DNA from: Candidatus Bathyarchaeota archaeon
GTDB lineage: Archaea > Thermoproteota > Bathyarchaeia > Bathyarchaeales > Bathycorpusculaceae
Direction of reading: 5' to 3'
Length of the DNA stretch: 64,000 nucleotides
NCBI GenBank assembly: GCA_963775685.1
Contig: CAVZJV010000014.1
Span: 544,001 to 608,000 of the forward strand
The position numbers and the translations under genes are program-made. The notes under the pieces were generated by a model that was not told where the DNA came from, made no database searches, and saw only the letters and a program-made list of their open reading frames with translations. The stretch's first letter is position 1, and every line of letters begins with the position of its first letter. Shown here piece by piece: positions 11,734 through 22,094 of this stretch.

Positions 11734-12047
11734 AGAAATTCTCCTTAACAACAATTAGATTGAATCTATAAAATAGTTTTTCATTTCAGACCAAGCGCAT
11801 CTCCCCTCAATGTACCACACTTTTAGGCTCAAAAGTAGCCAAAAAAATAACTGCTTAAAAAACAGAAGGGTCAGAGAATATTGTGTGTATTGGTAAGCTA
11901 CTGCAAACTTTTTAATAACTTTCCAAACTTAATGGTTAACTGCGAGTAAGGCCTATCCGAGGCAATGATGCCCGCGCTTGTGGGATGGAAGTATTAGGAT
12001 AGGGTTCGTAACCTTTTATTTATCTAGCAAAAACGTTTTGTCATTCT

Positions 12048-12455
12048 TTATTGCATTGTTAGGATTTCTAGCATTTGGTTGACGGTTACGATTTTTGTTT
12101 TCTTAAAGTTGTTTAGTATCAAAAGGTGGTTGTCGCCTGTTACTATGTAATCTGCTTTTCCCGTATACGCGGCGTTGAGGACTACGTCATCGTCTGGGTC
12201 AGACACAACTTCTTTGAAGAGGGCGTTGTCGGGCACTATTTTAGCCATTTTCACCATTATTGAAAGAAACCTCTCAACTTGTGAGCCTGTGATGTGGAAT
12301 TTGTCTCTTCCCGCTACATCTGCAAGTTCAGCCAGCATTTGGCGAGATAGTATTACAGTGTGCTTGTTGAGAAGTTCAAGAATTAGTTTTCGGGGTTTTC
12401 CATCATGGATGAGAGCGGAAACCAAAACGTTCGTGTCGATGACTGCGCGAACCAT
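12048..12455 (-). CDS. PIN-domain toxin (VapC-like)
   Basis: VIDTNVLVSA, DPDDD, IVTGDNHLL. Confidence 0.9.
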   Translation of the reverse strand: MVRAVIDTNVLVSALIHDGKPRKLILELLNKHTVILSRQMLAELADVAGRDKFHITGSQVERFLSIMVKMAKIVPDNALFKEVVSDPDDDVVLNAAYTGKADYIVTGDNHLLILNNFKKTKIVTVNQMLEILTMQ

Positions 12456-12456
12456 T

Positions 12457-12747
12457 TCATGCGCCCTGGTTGCCTCGTTTCAGGGCTCGGTATGCTTGGA
12501 TTTCGTCCAGAATCTCTTGTTCGGAGGGTTTCTTTTTTCCTTTGTTTTGCTGGTCGATTTCTTCGAAAAGATCCTTGAGCTCGACTAGTGGAGGGATTTT
12601 GAGTTTTGTCACGACAAGTTTGTCGTCTCTGCGATAAACAACGAGTTTCGTGTTTGGGGTTATGGCGAGTTCTCTTCTGAAGCGTTGAGGAATAACGATT
12701 TGCCCTTTGGTTCCGACGACTGCAACGTCTGACTCTTCTTGACCCAT
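12457..12747 (-). CDS. AbrB/MazE-type antitoxin
   Basis: VGTKGQIVIPQRFRRELAI; directly upstream of the PIN gene; ATG 12747 chosen as start. Confidence 0.85.
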   Translation of the reverse strand: MGQEESDVAVVGTKGQIVIPQRFRRELAITPNTKLVVYRRDDKLVVTKLKIPPLVELKDLFEEIDQQNKGKKKPSEQEILDEIQAYRALKRGNQGA

Positions 12748-12826
12748 ACTGATCACAGTATAACTTTCATACTGTATCCAGATAAAGGTTACCCCACAGG
12801 AACACAAAAAGGAAGAGAGGGGATGT

Positions 12827-13036
12827 TTACTGCTTGTTGACTTTACTCTTCCAGTAAAGCAGAATCGCACCCGCCACAGTGGATGCTAACACAATCGCCG
12901 GAGCCTTAATCTCCAGCGGAATCGGCAAAGAAGCAACAAACGTAGTAGCAGCGCCCGCAACTGTGCCAGCTAAAACGATTAGAGCTTCCTTATTTTCAGA
13001 TACCTCTATCTCATTAACCAAACAAATCACCTCCAA
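12827..13036 (-). CDS. Small 2-TM viral membrane protein (holin-like), copy 1
   Basis: Near-identical to 35504-35713; GGAGGTGA SD suggests start at TTG 13021. Confidence 0.7.
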   Translation of the reverse strand: MEVICLVNEIEVSENKEALIVLAGTVAGAATTFVASLPIPLEIKAPAIVLASTVAGAILLYWKSKVNKQ

Positions 13037-13376
13037 GAAGCATTAACAGGAAAAAATCAGTTCGAAAATAGAATTCAGAATTCAAGTTCTTTGATGAAGA
13101 GAGCAGCAGACCAGCTTGCCCATAAAAAAGAATATTCTACCGATAAACAACACCTAAAAAGTAGACCGAAAAGCTAAGAAAGTAATTTTCCAAAAATGAA
13201 ACAACTTGCTTTTCGGGCTGTTCCATAAATAGAACTAAAAGCGAATTCATCCACTATGGGTAAGGGATCACTGATGCAACATAGCACCTTTCAAGTAAGG
13301 ACAAGATTTTTCACATTCAGCATTAGAAAATCAGTCATCACCTTATTGCTACTTCTAATTCTCATATTGCTCATCC

Positions 13377-13586
13377 TTAGCCGGCAACTAAGGCTGCTTG
13401 GAGATTGTTTAGGTCTACTGGATTTGTAAGTATAATGTCAATGTCTTTGGTTGCAACTTTTAGGCCATAAAACGCCATGGCGCCGCCGCCGATCAAGTAA
13501 AGCGCAATAGGTCGTCCTGCTATTGCGTTTAGTCTATCGAATTCTTGCTTAAGGTAGTCTTTGTTAAAGGAGCGTCTTTGAGCCAT
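13377..13586 (-). pseudogene. Truncated nucleotidyltransferase (DUF6036/AbiEii-like toxin)
   Basis: LIGGGAM...TKDIDI motif, stops after 69 aa. Confidence 0.75.
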
Positions 13587-14533
13587 TAAGCCATCACTCC
13601 ATAATCACGGGCTTTATCAACAAAGTCATCCCAAGTAGGTAGCGGCTGCCCTTCAAGACGAATATGAGTTTGCAAGAATTCAAGCATGCCCTTTACTTGG
13701 TTCTCTAGCCCAAAATGCTCAGCTTCCCTGATAAGGTATGTTTTGTCGATTTGTTTTTCCGTTTTTTTAAGCAGCAACAGAGCGTAAGTTGAATAACGCA
13801 CATTGCCCGGCTCCAACAAAAGCGTATGCAAAACAGCATCCTCAAGCTTGATCGTCTCCTTTGTGGTTGAATAGAAGTAAACATCAAATTCTGAGAAAAG
13901 CGGCAGATCATACTCAGAGAAAATTGAGGTTGCGGTTTTGTGGAAATCTCCAGTTGGCGCCTCTGCAGAATTAGGTACTCGAACCAGAAATTCCATGCCC
14001 TTTTGCCAAAGGATAACAGAGTTTTCAGAGAGCGTCTTGGAAATCTTGTTAACAAAATATCGCTCGTATTCTTTTAGGAAATCTGCGAGTATCTGGAAGC
14101 GAGTGTTGATTATGTATCTTTTCTGAGTTTCTGCGATTATGCCTCTTGCTTTTAGTTCTTTGAGGTAACGCCAAAGTGTAGCGCCTGAAAACCTTGATAA
14201 GTCGCCATCATCGAGGATTTTGAAAAGGATTTCGATTGATTTTCCACTAAGTATGTTTTCCCAATCCATAAAATCATAGGAGAGCAAAAGATCCCTAAGT
14301 AGAGCAGCATGCTTTGTCTCGCTATAACCAGCGAGCTTTCTATTGCCTGATTCACTTGTTTGGATTAACCCTTTTTTATTCAATTTTTCCAAAGTATATG
14401 AAAGAAGCGCAGATTTAAGCGATAGTAACTTCTTGATCTCCGGCAGAGATTGATTACCTTTAGCAAGCTCTTTGAGCAACTGTAATTCTGTTTTGCCTAA
14501 AGTGTAATCTGGATCGGAATGTCTCATACTCAT
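13586..14533 (-). CDS. Double winged-HTH protein, partner of the nucleotidyltransferase
   Basis: Two HTH-like segments; stop overlaps the NTase start. Confidence 0.75.
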   Translation of the reverse strand: MSMRHSDPDYTLGKTELQLLKELAKGNQSLPEIKKLLSLKSALLSYTLEKLNKKGLIQTSESGNRKLAGYSETKHAALLRDLLLSYDFMDWENILSGKSIEILFKILDDGDLSRFSGATLWRYLKELKARGIIAETQKRYIINTRFQILADFLKEYERYFVNKISKTLSENSVILWQKGMEFLVRVPNSAEAPTGDFHKTATSIFSEYDLPLFSEFDVYFYSTTKETIKLEDAVLHTLLLEPGNVRYSTYALLLLKKTEKQIDKTYLIREAEHFGLENQVKGMLEFLQTHIRLEGQPLPTWDDFVDKARDYGVMA

Positions 14534-14686
14534 TTCATATTATTGAAAACCTATTTAAGCATTTTAAAAATATGAAATACAATAATAACTCTCACGCTAT
14601 AAACAATGGCGTATTGGCGTAGCATGCGGTTGTATCGCGGAGGTTGCCTCTTAGCGCAAGGCTAGTTCCCAAAGTTTAGAATGATT

Positions 14687-14903
14687 AGAAGTAGTCGTCG
14701 GTAATGCCTATAGGACTACTACTTCTATTTGAAAGAGAGATAGTCGTTTTAGTTAATGACGACCACAAGAAAACTTTTCGCTGGTCATCAACAACTAACT
14801 AAGTAGAAGAAGAAGCGCAAATATTTTTGTATTCTTCTTCTTTCAATTCCCTTTCATATTTAGAAGTAGTTGAACAATGAAAAATTGATTGTTCTACTAC
14901 TTC
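14687..14903. repeat. Array of four imperfect palindromes with (RGW)n arms
   Basis: AGAAGTAGTC-N17-GACTACTACT (14687); ATGACGACC..GGTCATCA (~14756); AGAAGAAGAA-N17-TTCTTCTTCT (14805); AGTAGTTGAA-N17-TTCTACTACT (14865). Confidence 0.7.
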
Positions 14904-14978
14904 CAAGCGGCGACAGAGTATTCGAGGATTAGGGCTGATCTTGGTGAAGACGAAATTGATTTGTCTGAGTTGCAGTGA

Positions 14979-15545
14979 GCCTGCTATGGAAGACGTCTCG
15001 TATTGCCAAGAATGACAATGCAAGAAATCAACCAAAACTAAGCACACCAACCGCATAGTTATCCACCCCAAATACCGAACTATAGGTGTCGGAGAAAAAA
15101 TAATCCGGGAAACACTACAGCAAGCTGATACGCTAAATGTTGAATTGGTTGCTGTGATGGCAAAATATTCACCTTTGCTGAGAGCGAGAATGCGAAAAGT
15201 TGTTGAACAGCAATCAGTTGAGGGTGTTAAGAAGCTAAGGCAAACACTCATACAGTTTGGCTTCAATTTGCAGCTCCTGGAAAGTCAGCATTATGTATAG
15301 TCAAAACTTGAAAACCTCAACGAGGAACAAATAAGCGAACTAAAGCTGCATTTATGGCAAACAAACATCCGCGCTTCAAAAAAGAGATAGCAGCTAGTCG
15401 ACATGAACCCTTTGGGAAAACCTACGATTACATAAAATACGTTCAAAATGCCAACATCAGTCAGCTCGGCAAATTGATTAAGGTTCTTGCAATACTATCC
15501 CAAACAAAAGTTTACCTTTTTTGGCAAAAACCAATCTTAGTATAG
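14979..15545 (+). pseudogene. Degraded GNAT acetyltransferase (viral ABC-GNAT type)
   Basis: ACYGRRLVLPRM..RIVIHPKYRTIGVGEKIIRETL..VAVMAKYSP..TKVYLFWQK; several frameshifts and an internal TAG. Confidence 0.7.
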
Positions 15546-15704
15546 GGTCAAATCCAGTCAGCTCACCAAGGAAAATGACAACGACTTTGTTTACTGGAGT
15601 TATAATATAAATAAAGATTAAAAAAAGTTAAATGTAATCCTTTTGGAGCTATCTAACCTGACGAGGAATAATTTTAAATGCACAGCAATCACTAAAAGAG
15701 AATC

Positions 15705-16650
15705 ATGATAGACTTGAGCCGACTCGAAATAGGTGCAGGCAAAGCAGGCGCAAGGGAAAAATTCGAACGGCTCATCGCACGATTAATTAAGTTACAGTTT
15801 TACGATGCCCAAGAGGTTAAGCCGAACCCAGGCGATTGGGGTATCGACGTATACATCGGGAAATTTACCTCAGGAGATATTACTGTTTGGCAGGCAAAAT
15901 ACTTTCCAGATGGTGTAGATGATTGCCAAAAAGACCAAATTCGTAGATCTTTCAATCAAATAGTTGATAAGTCAAAAGAGAAAAGTTTCTGCGTTAATGC
16001 CTGGATTCTTTGTATCCCAAGTACTCTTGATGGAGACAGCAAAATTTGGTGGGAGAAATGGGCTAGCACAAAACAAAAGGAGACAGGGATATCTATTAGG
16101 TTGAAGGAACGACTTGAGATCGTTACTATGCTTCAAACACCTGAAGCTCACCCGCTTTGTATTGAATTCAATCTCGCAGACCGGACGGAACTTTTGATGG
16201 AAGAGAGAACAATTGAGCCTCTTCCATTGAAGGAAAGTTGCGAATATGATCATTCTTTCTTTATTTTAAAGCTGCTTGCTGCGGGAATAACAGAAACTGA
16301 ACCTGCAAAAAAGCAGTTTTTTAATGCAGAAATAGTCTCAAAAGAAATACTAGATAAAAAGGATAAATTTGAGCTTGCTGAATTGAACGGACTTTATGAT
16401 AAAATTCATGATTTATGGTCAACGAGATTTATTGAAGCAATGCAAAGTCAAAATGCTGAAGCAGAAACTAGACGAATTTATCCCAACCATGCTCAGACTC
16501 ATTGAGGAAAAGAATAATGAGTTATTATACTGCCATAGACTACCTATTTCTTTCTTCCATAAGAAGGGGCTAATGCAGCAAATGGCAGACATTTGTACCG
16601 TGGGATGGACCCCTGACTACAAAAGCTTGAGTAAGAAGGTGTCAATCTAA
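15705..16650 (+). CDS. ABC-three-component/Lamassu effector: Mrr/Cap4-like PD-(D/E)xK nuclease + CTD (one extra base at ~16482-16486)
   Basis: FERLIA..GDWGIDVY..WQAKYF; downstream frame gives HKKGLMQQMADICTVGW; removing 1 nt gives 314 aa whose stop overlaps the next ATG. Confidence 0.75.
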
Positions 16651-17219
16651 TGCCGCAACATACGAATTCCGATTGGAAGAGTAGATTAACGTTTACTGCT
16701 GAGGATGACCTGGTGTTCAACTCTGCAAGGTTATTATTGCTTTTTGATGAACTTTCCAAATTGAGCAAACAGGGTGTCGATATTGAAAGGTTATCTTATT
16801 ATGATTTTTTTGCGGCTAACCCTTTTGTTATTCTTTCAGAAAATGACCCTTCACGTTTAGACTTTGAGTTAGAGGGGTTTGAGCCAAACAAATTAGAATA
16901 TACAAGTTCAGCGCAGAGATACAGTTCGAAACGAGAATCAATAAAGCACTATTTAGCGCTGCTACTTGCAAAAGGGCTCATAGACGTTTCTAATCAGGAA
17001 GGCAAAATAATTTTCGTTATAACCGAAAGAGGTTCTTCCACAGTCAACAAAATAAATACGATTTATGCAATAGCCTATAGGAAAAGCGTTGGCTATATTA
17101 TTAAACGCTTGAAGGATTATTCCGACAAAAAATTATGGGAATGTTCAAGAAAGTGGTTAGAGGCTAAAGCGTTCCAAATTGACCTTTATGGCACTATCGG
17201 AGAGAATTTGAATGAATAG
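16650..17219 (+). CDS. ABC-3C middle component (LmuC-like)
   Basis: RLLLL..IERLSYYDF..LALLLAKGLI..ITERG; coupled to both neighbours. Confidence 0.75.
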   Translation: MPQHTNSDWKSRLTFTAEDDLVFNSARLLLLFDELSKLSKQGVDIERLSYYDFFAANPFVILSENDPSRLDFELEGFEPNKLEYTSSAQRYSSKRESIKHYLALLLAKGLIDVSNQEGKIIFVITERGSSTVNKINTIYAIAYRKSVGYIIKRLKDYSDKKLWECSRKWLEAKAFQIDLYGTIGENLNE

Positions 17220-19134
17220 AATAATAATAAGCAAAATTACCGGCAAGAGTGTTGAAAAGGACTATTCTGTTCAATTCAAGCGCGGGTTAAACATAATTGC
17301 TGGTGAAAGTATGACCGGCAAAACATCAATTTTGCAACTTATTAATTATTGCTTCGGAGACTCTGAGTACCCACAAACGCTCGAATTCCAGAAACTGATT
17401 GTCGCATTGTTGGAAATAGAGATAGATGAAGAGTTTTTCACAATTGAGAGAGTCCTTTCAAGAAAAAAAACGGCAACGATACATTTCTGTAAGATAGAGG
17501 ATTTAAGAATCAGTCATAAGTCCATTGAAGTGAATGTTTCTATTTCGAATGATGAGGAATCGATCAGTAGTTTTATTCTTTCAAGGATTGGGCTAGAAGG
17601 AGTTGAACTAAAGAAGGCACCTACACAGGAAGCTTCTGAAACAAACACTCTGAGTTTTAGAGACCTATTATGGGCCTGTTACTTAAAGAGAAGTCGAGTT
17701 GGAGGAGAGCAACTGCTTTTTGAAAATGAATACTGGAAAAATAATAAGCTCATTCAAATTGTGGACATAATATTCAATGTTTATTCCAATACGGCAGCAT
17801 TGCTAAGTTCTGATTTAGAATCGCTCAATAATGAAATAGATGCAAACGAACAAAAAATGAAAACAATTCTAAATTTCCTTGATTCGCAAGGGGTACTTCA
17901 GCCTGAAGAGCTTGCGAAAGAATCTACTAAATTAGCATCTGACACGTCATCCCTTAAAAAACGCTTGACAACAATAGATGAGGCATTAACTGGTAGTTCA
18001 GATACAGCAAAGGGTCTCAGACACGAGGTATTAGGACTTCAAGCCGTCCTCCAAAGAATCAAGACTGATAAAAGAAGCATGGAAAAGAATCTTTTGCTAT
18101 TATTGCCGCTCAGGTCACAATATCATGAGGATATTAAGAAATTAACATTTCTAAACGAAGCCAAAGAAATCTTCGACCCTCTTCTAATTCTTCGCTGCCC
18201 TTATTGCCTAAGACCTTTAGAAAAAAACGCTGAAAACCATAACTGTTGTCCACTATGTAAAGAAGAAATAAATCAAATAAGTACTGAGTCGAAGGTCGAT
18301 GTGACTAAGGAAATAGGAATTATTAAGCGCAAATTAGACGAATTAAACGTTTACATTGAACAAGTAGAAATGAGGATCAAAGAGAATGAAGTTCATGAAA
18401 AGAGCACATCTGAACGATTGGCGTACCTCAGCAAACAGCTGGATGAATCCCTTGAAAGTTTTGTCAGCCCATATTTATCCGAGAGAGACGAATTAAAAAC
18501 CTCAATAATTACCAATGAAAACAAGATTGCAACTATTGACCAATCACTTAATTTCAGAAATCAAATAAAATTCATCGAAGAGGAAATAATCTGTCAAAAA
18601 ATAAAAGCAGAGAAGCTTAAATTAGAAATTAAGAAGGAAAGGACAAAGTCCGTAACGCGAATAGAGTTGATCAATTCTTTAAGCGCTTTGTATCGTCAAC
18701 AACTGAACGAGATACACTTCCCCAAGTTGGATAACGACGCCAGAATCGACGAAAAACTAATTCCTTATGTTAAAGGATTAAAATACGATAAGTTATCAAG
18801 CGAAGGTGCAATCAATCTCTCCTCAATTTGTTGGATGACAACGATTTTTGAGGAAGCGATAAAACGGTCAATGCATCATCCCGGTTTCCTAATGCTTGAT
18901 TACATACAAGCAGGAATTGGTATAGGTCCAGAAATAAAAGAGGAATTTCAAGATGTTGCTATTGTGAAGGGTCTTTATGATGTTCTTCTAGACGTTTCTC
19001 AATTAGATTCAGAATGTCAAGTAATTGCAATCGATAATCATCCACCCGATTATGCTAAAGACTATGTAATCGTTCGCTACACCAGAGACCCTAAGAAATA
19101 CCCTTACGGATTCATCGACGACGAGACAACTTAA
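17212..19134 (+). CDS. SMC/Rad50-like ABC ATPase (LmuB-like)
   Basis: GLNIIAGESMTGKTS Walker A, coiled coils with CPYC/CPLC, HPGFLMLD Walker B, QVIAIDN. Confidence 0.85.
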   Translation: MNRIIISKITGKSVEKDYSVQFKRGLNIIAGESMTGKTSILQLINYCFGDSEYPQTLEFQKLIVALLEIEIDEEFFTIERVLSRKKTATIHFCKIEDLRISHKSIEVNVSISNDEESISSFILSRIGLEGVELKKAPTQEASETNTLSFRDLLWACYLKRSRVGGEQLLFENEYWKNNKLIQIVDIIFNVYSNTAALLSSDLESLNNEIDANEQKMKTILNFLDSQGVLQPEELAKESTKLASDTSSLKKRLTTIDEALTGSSDTAKGLRHEVLGLQAVLQRIKTDKRSMEKNLLLLLPLRSQYHEDIKKLTFLNEAKEIFDPLLILRCPYCLRPLEKNAENHNCCPLCKEEINQISTESKVDVTKEIGIIKRKLDELNVYIEQVEMRIKENEVHEKSTSERLAYLSKQLDESLESFVSPYLSERDELKTSIITNENKIATIDQSLNFRNQIKFIEEEIICQKIKAEKLKLEIKKERTKSVTRIELINSLSALYRQQLNEIHFPKLDNDARIDEKLIPYVKGLKYDKLSSEGAINLSSICWMTTIFEEAIKRSMHHPGFLMLDYIQAGIGIGPEIKEEFQDVAIVKGLYDVLLDVSQLDSECQVIAIDNHPPDYAKDYVIVRYTRDPKKYPYGFIDDETT

Positions 19135-19333
19135 AAGAAAAGGGCACCCAGTTAAAACCAACAAATGATAGTCAAATTTTTTAAGATATATTTTTTTACA
19201 TTTGGCGATTTGTCACTTATTAGATAAGGAAGAATAATAAATACGACTTCGAAAGCAACAGTATCAACCGTTAATTTCTTAAACAAACCAGAGAGCATAT
19301 GACTATACTAACAAGAATAAGTCTGGTGAAATA

Positions 19334-21922
19334 GTGTCTGGAAAAAGTCCTTTTCGACGGATAGAAGTCAAGAGCTCGCAATCTTGCGACATCGAATCCT
19401 TATTTAAAGATCTAAAGAATAGATCCGCGGATATCAAGGAGTTATTTGCTCCACAAGCGGATGTTCTTAGAGATTATCAGAAGAACTATATCGATGCGAA
19501 AGATGTCAGTATTGAACTCCCAACTGGTTCAGGAAAAACACTTGTTGGTTTGCTTATTGCAGAATACCGCCGAAGAATCTTAAAAGAAAGAGTTCTTTAT
19601 CTTTGTCCAACCAAACAATTAGCATACCAAGTAGGTAATAAATCCGTAGAATACGATATTCCCGCGAAAGTTTTAGTTGGTTCAAAATACGAATTCAGCC
19701 GTCCTGACTCTATTGCTTATCATTCAGGAGCTACGACCGCAATATCGACTTATAGTGGTCTTTTCAACATTAATCCAGAATTTAATGACGCCCAAACTAT
19801 AATTCTTGATGACGCTCATGGTGGAGAAGGTTATATCTCCTCACCGTGGTCTATGACGGTTGATCGGGAAAAAGACCCTGAGGTATATGCACACCTAATT
19901 TCAACTTTTGAGAAAGACATGCCAACGCTATCTATCCTTTATGGTGAGAAACCCAAAAGGCTACCTAAGGTTGAAAAAATCCCTTACGCAATTTTTTTCA
20001 ATCATATTCCCGAACTTGTTGGAATCTTTAACACAGAACTAAGGGAAAATACTTCTAACTCTTACTCGTGGCAGTTTGTTAAAGAGGGACTGCATGCATG
20101 TCATGCATACATCTCATGGGACGAAATTTATTTACGCCCATATATCCCGCCTTCCCTTAGACATAGACCCTTCTCCGATGCAAAACAGCGTATCTACATG
20201 TCTGCCACATTAGGTAGCGGTGGAGAACTAGAACGAATAACTGGAGTAAACCAAATTAGTCGAGTTCAAACACCTAACACTTATCTCAGGCATGGGATTG
20301 GACGTAGACTCTTTCTATTTCCTGACATTGTAACCGAAGAATCCGAATATGAGTCATGGCTTGTCAAACTAATCGCCGCTTCCAAGAGAACATTAGTTCT
20401 TTGCCCGAATGGACGTGCGTTAACCAATCTAAAACAATTGCTGCAAAAAAGTGAAACATCTATACAAATACTTGGAGCATCTGACATAGAAAATTCCTTG
20501 GATCCCTTCATAAACTCAGAGTCAGTGGTTCTGGCACTAACAAATAGATATGATGGGATTGATATACCGAGTAAACTATGCAGGGTTCTAGTGATGTATG
20601 GCTTACCTACAGGTACAAATCTCCAGGAAGTGTTCCTAGAAGATAAGTTAGGATTGGATGTACTTCTCCGTGAAAGAGTGAAGACCAGAATTGCACAGGG
20701 CACAGGACGCTGCACAAGAAGCGCTACCGATCAATCTGCCGTAGTAATGGCTGGAAGACGCTTACTAGATTTTTGTATTAAGAATGAGAATCAAAGGATG
20801 TTTAACCATGAGTTACGGGGAGAAATGAACTATGTGCTTCAATTGAAGCTCACCTCTGTTGCTGACTTGGACTTGATGCTAAAATCATTCTTCCAAAAAG
20901 ATGAAGATTGGAATATGGCGGAAGAAGAGATAGCAAAGATTCGGGATTCTGATGAAAAACTTGATACAACAGTATCTGAAATTCTTGCTACAACAGTTGC
21001 AAGCGAAGTAAACTTCTCTTATGATTTCTGGTTCGGAAGATTTAAACAAGCCGTTGAAAGTGGTATTTCAATAACCGATAAACTTACCGATTCGCGACTT
21101 TCATCGTATCGTGCATTTTGGCATTACTTAACAGCCTGCGCTGCATTCGCTGCGTCTAAAGATAATCCCGACTTCATAGCCATTGCTGAAAAACAGATGA
21201 GTCGAGCAATAAAGACATGCAAAACTGTTTCATGGTTTGCAAGCGCTTTGAAGCCAATGTTACCAGTTGAAAAAGTTAGGGCAGTTGCAAACGAACTTGA
21301 AACGCTCGCTACCGAGGGAATAGCTGATGTTTTGAAAGATTTGGGATCCAGAGGTCCTGGGTTCCCAAGAAAGATGGAGGAAGTGGAGAAATTACTCGGG
21401 GAAAAGAAGCACTCAAGTTTCGATAGGGGTATGGTAGAGTTAGGACTTTTGCTTGGTTTTAACGCATGGAAAACTGATGCTCAAGCTACACCAGACTGTA
21501 TTTGGCAACTTGGCAATGAAATTGTGTATCTATTCGAAGGCAAATCAGAGGAAACCACAGAAGACCCCATTTCGGTTGATGATTGCAGACAAGCTGCTGG
21601 ACATTTAAAATGGGCAAGCGCTGATCCCCAACTCAAAAATTGCAAAGCTTTCAGAAGTATCCTCGTTACGCCGAGAACTACAATTGACAAGAATGCAGTG
21701 CCTCACGCTAACAATCTGTTTTTTATGACACCTTCAGATATGCAATCACTATTTGAGCGAGCAAAAGCTATGCTCACTGCAGTTAGAACCGTTATGATAG
21801 ATGAAGCGGATGAAGAATTTAAGGAAAAAATCATTTCCGAACTAATCAAAAACGACCTGACGCCGACTTCAATTCAAGCCATACTGCAAGCTAAGTCTGT
21901 TGATGATCTAAAGAAAATGTAA
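19334..21922 (+). CDS. SF2 DEAD/DEAH (DinG/Rad3-like) helicase with C-terminal nuclease-like domain
   Basis: PTGSGKT, DDAH, MSAT, QGTGRCTR; PD..EGK near C-terminus. Confidence 0.85.
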   Translation: MSGKSPFRRIEVKSSQSCDIESLFKDLKNRSADIKELFAPQADVLRDYQKNYIDAKDVSIELPTGSGKTLVGLLIAEYRRRILKERVLYLCPTKQLAYQVGNKSVEYDIPAKVLVGSKYEFSRPDSIAYHSGATTAISTYSGLFNINPEFNDAQTIILDDAHGGEGYISSPWSMTVDREKDPEVYAHLISTFEKDMPTLSILYGEKPKRLPKVEKIPYAIFFNHIPELVGIFNTELRENTSNSYSWQFVKEGLHACHAYISWDEIYLRPYIPPSLRHRPFSDAKQRIYMSATLGSGGELERITGVNQISRVQTPNTYLRHGIGRRLFLFPDIVTEESEYESWLVKLIAASKRTLVLCPNGRALTNLKQLLQKSETSIQILGASDIENSLDPFINSESVVLALTNRYDGIDIPSKLCRVLVMYGLPTGTNLQEVFLEDKLGLDVLLRERVKTRIAQGTGRCTRSATDQSAVVMAGRRLLDFCIKNENQRMFNHELRGEMNYVLQLKLTSVADLDLMLKSFFQKDEDWNMAEEEIAKIRDSDEKLDTTVSEILATTVASEVNFSYDFWFGRFKQAVESGISITDKLTDSRLSSYRAFWHYLTACAAFAASKDNPDFIAIAEKQMSRAIKTCKTVSWFASALKPMLPVEKVRAVANELETLATEGIADVLKDLGSRGPGFPRKMEEVEKLLGEKKHSSFDRGMVELGLLLGFNAWKTDAQATPDCIWQLGNEIVYLFEGKSEETTEDPISVDDCRQAAGHLKWASADPQLKNCKAFRSILVTPRTTIDKNAVPHANNLFFMTPSDMQSLFERAKAMLTAVRTVMIDEADEEFKEKIISELIKNDLTPTSIQAILQAKSVDDLKKM

Positions 21923-22094
21923 TTTCTTTTCCATTCCGCTTCTAACCGGAAGATACAATCTAACGATTCCTATTTGATCTCTAAATATCGATCTTATCGT
22001 TAGTAAGTTTGTAGTTGGAGAGAGCAAGAGTATGAACATAGTTGTTTTCCAATATTGAAGCAAAATCTCAAATGGTCATTTTTCCACTGATCGG

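Noticed and set aside
11940-12020. Possible tRNA-like or ncRNA segment (GGGTTCGTAACC)
   Set aside because: No cloverleaf, CCA end or second copy could be built
13478-13488. TGGCGCCGCCG, an 11-bp match to the att core, as left boundary of the older island
   Set aside because: Lies in the codons of the conserved GGGAM motif of the nucleotidyltransferase; coding coincidence
14799-15266. 155-aa minus-strand ORF
   Set aside because: Antisense shadow of the GNAT pseudogene and palindrome array
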